This document shows positions 12,677 through 22,839 of a DNA stretch of 64,000 nucleotides, piece by piece. Position numbers and translations under genes: made by a program. The first letter of the stretch is position 1, and every line of letters starts with the position of its first letter. The notes beneath the pieces were generated by a model. That model was not told the DNA's origin and did no database searches. It worked only from the letters and a program-made list of their open reading frames with translations. This DNA comes from Diadema antillarum (lineage: Eukaryota), in the NCBI RefSeq assembly GCF_040938485.1, contig NW_027271380.1, positions 682,001 through 746,000 of the forward strand, in the 5' to 3' direction.

Positions 12677-15600
12677 ATGCCTATACGTTCTCCATGTGTA
12701 TTGTGTCAACGACCTGTGCGGAAAAATCAGGTTTCTCTGTTTTGTTCTTCGTGCAAAAAATGGTACCACAAAAATTGTTCGAGCGAAAATTCATTTAAAC
12801 AGAATTGTGATTGGATCTGCGAAAGATGCCTCTTGTCAGAACTTCCATTTTCGTCCAGTGCAGAAAATACTGCTGATGTTAGTGTTATTACCAATGAAAA
12901 CAATGATAGAGATCAGACCATACGTGCAACCCCAGATCCTGTAGCATATAGAGAAAATCACTCATATTCAACTTTTGAAGAGACACACAAGTTAATCAAA
13001 AGTAAGAATGGTATTCACTTTGTTCATCTGAACGTCTGTTCATTGTACAAATGCATAGACGAGTTAAGAAGTATGTTTATTCGTAGCAGTTTTGATATAT
13101 TAACCTTTAGTGAAACGATGCTAGATGAATCTATCATAGATGAGTGTGTGAATATTGACGGTTACTCTATTATACGAAAAGACAGAAATAGAAAAGGGGG
13201 AGGGGTAATAACTTACGTAAAACATGGTATTGATTATAAAGTAAGAAATGAGTTGAGTGATAATGATTTAGAATTAATTGTTCTGCAGGTTAATCCCAAT
13301 AAACAAAAACCTTTCTTTTTGTACAACTGGTACAGACCTCCCAATTCCCCAATAGAAGTTTTTGATAAGGCTCAAAGAGTATTACAGGACATAGAATTAA
13401 GTGGCCTTGAGGTAGTGCTATTGGGAGATCTGAACTGCGATATTATGAAACCCATGCGAAGTTATCATGCAAATCGCTTATTGTCACTGGCAGAAAGCTT
13501 CCACATGAAACAACTTATATCAAAACCAACTAGAATAACAAATTCCTCGTCAAGCACAATTGATTTAATTTTAACTTCAAATCAAGAAAAAGTGACTTAT
13601 TCTGATGTAGTACAAATAAGTCTAAGCGACCATTATATGATTGTAGCTTCCTATGGAAGTAACCAGTCAAAGGTCTATGAACATAAGTATGTCACCTCAC
13701 GAGATCTTAAAAAGATCATTGTAGAAAATTTTGAAAGAGATTTGTTCAATGAGTCGTGGAATGAAGTTTATTGTGAAAATGATGTTGAAAAATCATACTC
13801 TTCCTTTGTTTCAACTCTTAAGAACATAATTGATAAGCATGCCCCCCTTAAAACAAAAAGAGTAAAGCAAAAGAATGTTCAGTGGATTGACAAAGAGATA
13901 AGAGATATGATGAGACAAAGAGATAAGCAGAAAAAGAAAGCTAGAATGACAGGAAATGAAGAAGATTGGAAGATATATCAGAAATTGAGAAATAAAGTAA
14001 CATTATTAATACGAAATGCAAAAAAAGCATATGTCAAAAATAAGATTCAAGAAAATGCTGGAGATAGTAGAGGGACGTGGAAAGCCTTACGTTGTATCAT
14101 CCCCAGTAAACAAAGTAATACCAATGTTAATAGTGTTAGAAACAATGGCAGGGTTATCCATGATAAGCAGGAAATATCTAATACATTCAATCAGTGTTTT
14201 GTCAGTACAGCTGGTAAATTGAAGAAAGAAGGTAATTTTACCGGCAATTATTCATCATTTTTACTGAACAAAGTGAAAACAAAATTTTCATTTAAGAGAG
14301 TTACAGAAGAGGATGTTAACAAGGTTTTGAAAAATATTCCCGGTAACAAGGCCACAGGACTAGATGAATTACCAGCCAAACTCATCAAAATGGCAACCCC
14401 TTTCATAGTCTCTCCCCTGACCCATGTAATAAACTTGTCTCTCTCAAGTGGTATTGTTCCGCAGGAATGGATAGCAGCAATAGTTATACCGGTATTTAAG
14501 AGTGGGGACACTATGGAACCTTCCAATTATCGACCCATTTCGATACTCCCTGTGTTGTCAAAAGTGATTGAACGAATTGTACACGACCAAGCCGTGAACT
14601 ATCTCAATCAGCATTGTTTGTTTTTCAAAGGTCAATCGAGATTTCGTAAAAATCATTCAACCGCCACCGCCCTCCTTAACCTAACCGATGATCTTTTTTC
14701 TAGTATGGACAATGGCCTGATCACTGCTTTTGTAGCTTTAGATCTGAAAAAAGCTTTTGACACAGTGGACCATTCCCTCCTTTTAAAAAAGCTAAGCTGG
14801 TATGGGTTTGATGCTACTTGTATAGCCTGGTTTAATGATTATCTGTGTAAAAGAACGCAAGTAACGAGAGTAAACGGGTCAATCTCCTCACCCGACACAG
14901 TTGAATGCGGAGTCCCACAAGGGTCCATTATCGGACCCCTCCTATTCTTGCTCTTTATAAACGATTTGCCAAACGCAATAAAGCATTGTTCTGTATCGCT
15001 CTATGCTGACGATACTTGTCTTTACTTCTCCTCCAATAACCCTCAAACAATAGCAGATAAGGTAAACGATGATCTTGAATCTGTGGCGCTTTGGCTGGAT
15101 GCAAATAAACTCATGTTGAATGTAAATAAAACAGAATATATGATTATGGGCTCCAAGAAAAAAACCAAACAATTTCGCAACTCTAATTTTCAACTACTTA
15201 TTGGTAATACACCAGTGAGAGAGGTCTTCAGCTGTAAATATCTAGGAGTCATTTTAGACCCAAGCCTAAATTGGAAGCTGCATATAGATCATATTCACAC
15301 CAAAATCATTCGTAATCTATTCCTTTTCCGTAAAGCTAGACCGTATATAGAATATCACGTCGCAAAAATGTTATATTTCTCTATAATCCAATCGCATCTC
15401 GATTACTGCTCTATCGTGTGGAACAATGCAAATAAGTGCAATCTAGACAAACTTCGAGTCCTACAAAATAGAGCAGTTCGAATTTTAAACAAAGCGTGTC
15501 CCTACAAACGAATATATGAGTTATATGATGAGTCCAAAATATTATCTATTGATAATCGCTGGAAGATAGGAAATTTGACTATGTTATTTAAAGTATTTCA

Positions 15601-15827
15601 TAATATGACCCCTTTTTATTTGTCATCGAGGATTAAACTACGAAGTAATTTATACAATATAAGAAACAGTTTTTTAAAATTACAATTACCTAAACCCAAA
15701 ACAGAGTTTTTAAAGCGAAGTTTTTTTTTACAGCAGCATTAAGTTATTTAATTCTTTATCTCAAGAAATACGGAGCATAAATAATATCAACTCTTTCACT
15801 CGCTCTCTCAGAAGTTTAACTTTTTAG
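12677..15827 (+). CDS. LINE ORF2: PHD finger + apurinic endonuclease + reverse transcriptase; +1 frameshift in the T-run at 15721-15729 near the C-terminus
   Basis: Endonuclease motifs HLNVCSL, SETML, YRPP, GDLN, IDL and SDH. RT motifs NYRPISIL, DLKKAFDTVDH, GVPQGSIIGP, YADD and YLG. The track ORF stops at 15742; the shifted frame continues YSSIKLFNSL...SLTF to a stop at 15825-15827. Confidence 0.93.
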
Positions 15828-17902
15828 ACAATTTATTTAGAAAGTTGAACAGATAATTGTGTCATTTGTTACTTTTTCTCAGGTTAAGGTAAGGAGACCC
15901 CACTAGTGTTCACTATGTACTTGTTGAACTCAGATGTGTTCTATTACTAACTTCTTATGATGTTTTTTTTTCCTCTGTGTACTTTACAATTTCACATTTG
16001 TTTCAGTCAAATTGCTTGCTTGTTTGTTTGTTTGTTATTGTTTGTACTTCGCATGTTTCACTAATTATGAAATTTTGGTTAACTATGTTAAATTACCATA
16101 CTGTCATTGAAAAATATATTTATTTTGTGTTCTAGTTGTAATTAATATTGTGTTAATTTTATCTACGCTTTCGCAAATCCTCTTCATTGTTTATTCTATG
16201 TATCTTTCTTGCCTTTAATCAATTTCACCAACCATTTGTATTACCATGCCGACCCTATATTTTTTATACTTCTTTTATATACTATGTAACTAAATTTTGT
16301 CTTAAAACCGTATCCGTTCATTTATGACTCATGTTTTTTATTTGAATATTCATCTAATTATGAACTTATTTTATCATTCCTAACAACGAAGTTGGTTTTA
16401 TCTTGAAAGTATTATCTAATTCAATTGCATGATTTAATACTTTTTCATACAGTTTTTTTATTTATCATTGTTTTATTCTGTTTAAACCATTCCTTTTTAT
16501 TCTGTAGACATATTTGATTTCTAATTTGCAAAGCATTTTATATTTAATTTCATATGTTTTGAATATTATTCATATTTTACATTGTTCATTTAATTTGTTA
16601 CTTATGTTTTTAATTAATATTTGATTGATTATACTTTTAAGAAATATGATTTAATTTAATCAGATGATTCAGTATACTACCGTATAAATTTTCAAAAAAA
16701 GTTTCAGTTATTGTTTTATTTATAGTTTTTGTATTTCCTAAATCTGTTAGATTATTATTACCATATTAGATTAACAATTGGTAAACTATTGTATAATTTA
16801 TTTCTTCATTTAATGTTTCAGACTATATTTTTACATTTATTTTGTCTAATCTATTTGTTAATTTCTTTGTTCCCATTTGACCACTGTGCAAAATCTTATA
16901 TATCTTGTCTTTTCCCTGTTTGCTGTTATAGAGTTATCATACGTTTGTATTTGTTCATTGTTTTGTATACGTTGTATTTTTACATGTATGTGGACCCCTT
17001 TGGAAATCAGTCATGAGCTGAAAGGGCTATCCACCCTATGAATGGAAATGAATAAATAAAATAAATAAATAAAAAATGTATCAATTTAAAGCTTATAGCA
17101 CCTGACGGATGTATAACTGCCAAAAACTGAAAAATGATTTTCCCGACAATTGGCTTTCGTGATGCCGCATCACAAACACTCCAAATCAAATTATCGTAGT
17201 GACATGCTTCAACAAAGTAACGTGTTTTGAGTGTCAACATGTTTTCTCACCTGAAGTTTGGACAGAAGATAGTTGTAATATAAAACTTTAAAAAGAAAGT
17301 GGTATGTTCCATAATATACAGCAAATCGCCCTATTCTGTTGGTAATGAGATACTGGCAATGGGTTACATTTAACCCGCTGAGGACGAGTCCCGAGTATAC
17401 TCGGGCAGGTGTCTATGGGAAGTGCGTGTTATAACAAAATCAAACCGTCCTCAACGGGTTAATGTTGCAAGATGCCGGGTTGTAAGAATTAGCGAAAAAA
17501 CCTCCCTATCATTTCTTTAATTTCCGACGGTTTATTGTTCTTGATGTTAAGACATCACCGTGTTCGCTTTAACATTGATATAACACAATATGAACACTGT
17601 GTTCAATTCTTCTAGTGTAATTTCATTTGTTTGAATGTAATGCTGATTAGCATTGGTTTTCTATCATAAGGAAAGTAGGAGCAGAGTATCAAAACTCCTA
17701 TAAAGGAGGGCTTGCTATTCCCCGTGTATTATTTTCTTCAACTAATCGTTGTCTCTTTTTTCAAGTGAGATTGAAGCGTTTGAAAAATATATCTGTTCAC
17801 TAGTTTTATTCGTGATTCATGTCATATTTCTTGCAGTCTCGGCAAAACAACAGTTTTGAGGTAACAGCAGCGAATACATCTTCAAAAGACGTTAACAGCG
17901 AA

Positions 17903-18998
17903 ATGAATACCGAGCTCAACAGTGCACAATGGGAGAATGAACGGGAGATGTACACAACTGATTTTGAAATAACCGAACTAGATGCCACGAAAACAATGAC
18001 TTGGTCCTGGCACCCAATGCAGTGGTCGTGGTATGTCATTTGCCAGCTCGTAACCACTGTTCTCGGAATCATCGGCAACTTTCTTGTGGTTGTCGTCATA
18101 TTTTGTCGCCGTTCAAAGAGTAAATGCACCGATATTCTGGTAGGTCAGCTGGCATGTGCTGATTTACTGACATCGCTGTTCCTGGTTCCATATCCTAATG
18201 TAAACACCATACCGTATACATGGCTTGGAGCCATATTCTGCAAGCTCTTTAAAGGGAACTACTTGATGTGGACATCGGTGACTGGGTCCATATACATCCT
18301 ATCGGCCATATCGATTGATCGCTACTTTGCTGTTGTGTATCCATTGCGTTTTAAGCGTTACATAAGTCGTAGACTCGTCATTATGGTTGTCACCGTGATT
18401 TGGATCGGTGCCTGCGTTCTCAATAGCCCGATACTTGATCAATAACGCAGACGTTATCCCCGGTAAATGCATATTTCATCTACCGTTTCCGAAGCTCCAG
18501 GTCGCTTACGGCTTGTTCACCTTCATCATCCGACTCGCCATTCCCACAACCATCATGATTTTTACCCAGATCACTATCGTTAGCGTTCTTCGACGGGAAG
18601 CTTTTCGTTTCAAGTCACAGAAAACGGCGCAGTCGCAAACGCCAACTTTTCACGACGTAGCACGAGCCCGCGTTCTTGAGCTTCTGCTCCTGGTCGTGGT
18701 GGTGTATGTAATTTGCTGGGCCCCAGACCAGCTAGCTTTTCTCTCATTCAACCTCGGACTAGTGCCCGACTCTCACTTCACCAGTCCTCTCCATCACATC
18801 TTCATCGTCCTCGCCTTTTGCAACTCTTGCGCTAACCCGATGATTTACACTTTTCGTCACCAAAAATTTCGGAAAGCTGCTGCAGATTTGTTCAAAGGAG
18901 TTACCGCAAGTAGGTCACCGATATTTGAAGAATTTGTTTCCGAGAACACTCTGTCGAGCGCTCATCGGAACACGAACCCACCATGTGTCACACAATGA
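17903..18998 (+). pseudogene. Type A GPCR copy 2, frameshifted at ~18435
   Basis: ORFs 17819-18445 and 18408-18998 join into one 7TM protein. It reads ATACTTGATC where paralogs read ATACTTTTGATC, a 2-bp deletion after TM4. Confidence 0.88.
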
Positions 18999-19554
18999 TT
19001 TTAGTCACGGGAAACGGAAAAGTTCCATGGACATTTAGATTCATCATGACCCGCAATAACACGGTCACTTTTGAGCATTACCATTCTCTCAACTACGTGA
19101 AAGTTCATGATTTCGAAAATGATTAATGTTTTGTGATGTACGATACAATTATATTTAATGATATCAATAGTAACATACAAGGAAAACAACTTAGAGAGTA
19201 CATCTTCAGATCCTTCTCATTTCTTCAAACCTAATAAATCATAAGAAGAAGTTGTTTTTCATTACGCCGAGACCGGGCTAAATTCTATAGCCGACAAAAA
19301 GTTTGTATGAGTTTCGCCGTTGACGTTGCGCCGGATTGGAATCTGCTTCTTCTGGGTGACTTTTCATCAGGAGAGTGGTGGTTGCAAAGGACTGCACAAC
19401 TATAACAAGTGGGTAAGATATAGTGTTTATACGGAATAGGGTAGTAAGGGGGGGGGGGGGGTGAGTTTAGACCTAAAATGATAATCAGTTCATATGTTGA
19501 GAAAATGCTGCCACCTTCTTAATGGTCCTATTGAACGAACACGTAAGAGCCACC

Positions 19555-20870
19555 AAAATGACTGCAACCGAGCATCAGCTGACTACTTACCCCATTTTTT
19601 TTCATTTATTTATGTATTATTTCATTAATTTTTGTTGTGTTTTGTTTTGTTTTGTTTTGTTATGCTTTGTTTTTTGTTTTTGCTTGACAAGCAGTTGAGG
19701 CGTTTGTTGGTAATCGCCGTAATTTTCTCTTGCTAGTAATTGGTGTCTTTACGGGTATCGATCTTCTTGAGTAATCTGTTGTTATGGATACATAACTATG
19801 GTATTGGCACTTTATTGTTCCGCGGAGGAATATTGGAGAAAAGAAGAGATTGATGAACCGACCATACTCCTTGTTTATGAAGCTTGATCATTTGTAGTTG
19901 TGGTGGTCTTATTTTAGTCGAGAATTGAATCTCCGTAACATATAGGCATGATTGATTTCCTTACCTTAGTCCTTTTAATTCGTTTCCCAGAGTCTTATCT
20001 ATTAAAAAAAAAAAGGGGTTGACCGGAGCTGGGTTCTGTAAAGTTAAAACAGGATCTATTTGATTTGGACGTCAGTAACGTCGCCTATATCATGAAACTA
20101 CGAGCCGTGTCCTTTGATCACTTTTTGGTTCAGCTCAGCAAGAGTAGATATTCCCGATTTTGTGACTAATCGTATTGCATTGTATTGTATTGTATTGTAT
20201 TGTAATTCAGGGGAAATTGCATTTTTCTGTCTATTCCAAAGGACATCGAAATTGTCGAGTGCTGTTCGTTATTCCGAAGGTTCGATATTCCGAATGTTCG
20301 TTAGTCCGAAGGTTCGTTATTCCGAATATTTATTAATCCGAAAATGAAATTCGGAAAAACGAATCTTTGGAAAAACGAATCTTTGGACTGAAGAACCTTC
20401 GGAATAACGAACCTTCGGAATAACGAGCTGTAACCAACTTGTCTACGGAAATTTCGTGACCATTGCACGACTCATTCACGCGACCCCTCCCCATGCCTAT
20501 TCCTCCATTCTCCATCGCGCAGGCACTACACACCGAGGCCATCGTAACTTTACGTCAACGGAAATATCGAACTCGATGTTAGCGTCATTTCACAAAGTCG
20601 CCAGGGGTCTATTTACCAAAGTTGAAGGTCGTTCTCATCTTTGTTTTCTGGTGGTAACAGAATCAGATTATTTTCGGTTTCTCTTGGGGTTCAATAATTT
20701 CATCCCCACCTCATGCCTATATTCAGTCGGTATATCGGGTTGCTAACGGCCATTCATTCGTTCTGTAATCTTTTCTACTCTCTGCGCCACCCTGGAAGCT
20801 ACCCTGAATTTGTTTGGATTCAGGCAAGCTCCTATAGGTACTTTTGAGGGTGGAAAATTTCAAAACATGC
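19555..20870 (+). pseudogene. Decayed type-B-like GPCR, unit 2 (contains a 179-bp insertion)
   Basis: TM2-TM3 (TTGGACGTCAGTAACGTCGCCTATAT), TM5-ICL3, TM6-TM7 (CTGCGCCACCCT) and the tail align by eye to 60628-61719. Confidence 0.82.
20257..20435. mobile_element. 179-bp palindromic element built from 15-bp repeats (TTCCGAAGGTTCGTTA-like), probable 8-bp TSD
   Basis: Repeats run forward in the left arm and inverted in the right arm. Flanks are AAATTGTC and AACTTGTC. It is absent from the paralogous pseudogenes. Confidence 0.75.
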
Positions 20871-22123
20871 AATTCGAAAGAACATCAATTTAGATATTCC
20901 CACGATTAGATAGATGGAAATAAACTATTTTTGTCCCGACACGGAGGGTTTATAGCTGAGGCGAGGGCTGACTTGGCCCAATCTTCCCAAAGCGATTCTG
21001 GAATGCTCGCAAATGATTAGTTTAAATGTGTCATTTAAAAGGGCTTCAACCAAATCAAGCTGCGTTAAAGAGTTGCCCCTCTGTATTATTCATTACATCG
21101 CTTATACACTTTTGTTACACATTGTAAATGCAATGGATACCAAATGACTTTGTATAATAGTAATTTATGTATTATATAGAATGCTACCATAAATACGTGT
21201 GCATGTAATATGATGAAGCAGGTAGCAATATATCAAATCTATCAAATCGAAACTAAATAGAAATCCAATCATAGATTGTTTGCAGTAGACAGGAAGAATC
21301 TATTTCCTCTGACTGTGACTGAAAAACAAGTAGGTTATATGTCATACAAAAAAAAATACTGAATTTGCGCTTTGCTTCTCTTACTATTTTCTGGGAAAAA
21401 ATCGGTATTTTCAAAATGTTTTCACAACGGAGATTAACTTTATGATTTTTACGAAATAATAACATAAATGCATCTTGTTTATCTCAGCCTGATTTTCAGA
21501 TTCATATCTCTTATGATTGCAGCATAGTATTATAGGCGTGTTCATGTCAAGGAGGATCTGGTGTTAGTTGAGCCACTCTGAGTAGAAGGTTTTGGTCCAT
21601 ATTATGACAGAGAAGTGTTCCAAAACATGCTGTTCAAATTCATGTTTAAAAGTACTGAGTAGTCGTTCATCACATTCTTGTCATACAACTTATAGCTTGA
21701 CTGGGTTGTTGTAGCTTGACTAGCTTGTTAAAGCTTAACTTGGTATATACATGTTAAAACCATCAATTCATGTAAGCGAGATAAGAATGCATGTTACAAT
21801 TGCGAGTGTTGTTTTTCTTCGTTCGTGTTTCAGTGAAAACACATAATATCGTATGCTTCTTGGATTTTTGTTTGAAGGTGGATCAACTAATACCCAACAA
21901 CCTGGCTAAATAAGCACCATCAAGAGGTTTCATTGTGCCAATTTGTGAAAATTTTGCACTTGCCTCTGCGTAGGACCCCTTTTAGTATAGGATAAGCTAT
22001 TGTTCACGAGGAGACTGCAAATTACAAGTCCTGTTTTTCAGCATTCTCCTGCATTTCCAATAATTTTCATTTGATTTAGCTTAATACCCGTTCACCAGAA
22101 TCTTGCAGAATTATTAACCCTAT

Positions 22124-22612
22124 TCGAACATTTTTGGTAGAACAGTGTGATTAGCTGTCTTTAGAATCCCTTTTTCATTTCTGAAAAACCTTGTCCACAC
22201 TCTTCACTTTCAACTCTAATAACTTTTGAAATGATAGTACAACTGCTTTGAAAGTTGGCATTAATTATGGCAGAATGTGTTAAGGAGGCATGCTTAATTT
22301 CACTTTAATCTGATAATCCCTTCATTGTTGTTACTCTGGTGGTTTACTTCCTGTTTTTTGTCCCATTCATTGCACAGCCAGCACGGTTTGGTAAAGATTA
22401 AGCGCTTGAATAGACACTGTACTTCAGAGCCTCTTTTCTCAGTTCACACTTTTCCTGAGTTTGTGGTTTCTTTCCAATATTTAGATAGGTTAGGAGAGTC
22501 CATTTGATTTGAGTTATACATCATTTTAAAGGTTAAAGTCTGCTCTTTCAGAATATGGTCTTAACTAAAAATTCATGTCTGGCGACTTTTTGTTTGTTTT
22601 GAGGTGCAGGGT

Positions 22613-22615
<3 letters not shown>
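22124..22615 (+). mobile_element. MITE-A partial copy (left end missing)
   Basis: Internal sequence and right TIR match 52516-53206; followed by (TA)n. Confidence 0.85.
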
Positions 22616-22646
<31 letters not shown>

Positions 22647-22800
22647 TATTATATATAATTATAAATGAAGAAATAAACTGGAAATGCATTTGCCCTTAAA
22701 GAATGAGTTTATTCGACTAAATGTTTCAGCGGCCTCCGAGTTCTTCATGAGTCTTGACAAGAATCCTGAATAATAATCTATATTTATTTATGTATATATA

Positions 22801-22834
<34 letters not shown>

Positions 22835-22839
22835 TTTGT

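Larger units (their letters stand above)
11617..17077 (+). mobile_element. Near full-length non-LTR retrotransposon (CR1/L2 group LINE), ~5.46 kb
   Basis: 5'UTR with (CACCACATTTCG)x3, ORF1, ORF2, a ~1.25-kb AT-rich 3'UTR and an (AAAT)n-type tail. The flanks rejoin to the paralogous empty site at ~33650-33700. Possible GTAT duplication at 11613-11616 and 17078-17081. Confidence 0.93.

Noticed and set aside
16729-17016. Hydrophobic 95-aa ORF in the LINE 3'UTR as a possible ORF3
   Set aside because: It is T-rich low-complexity sequence with a TTG start and no recognisable domain.
22325-22507. Recurrent 60-77 aa ORF MLLLWWFTSC… (22325, 39486, 48893, 52916)
   Set aside because: It is internal MITE-A sequence with a TTG start, variable length and no transposase motif. 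It recurs only because the element recurs.
22690-22780. Minus-strand CTCATGAAG…GCTGAAAC resembling a hammerhead ribozyme core of Penelope-type repeats
   Set aside because: The core CTGATGA is mutated and stem II pairs over only ~2 bp. No associated Penelope ORF was seen.
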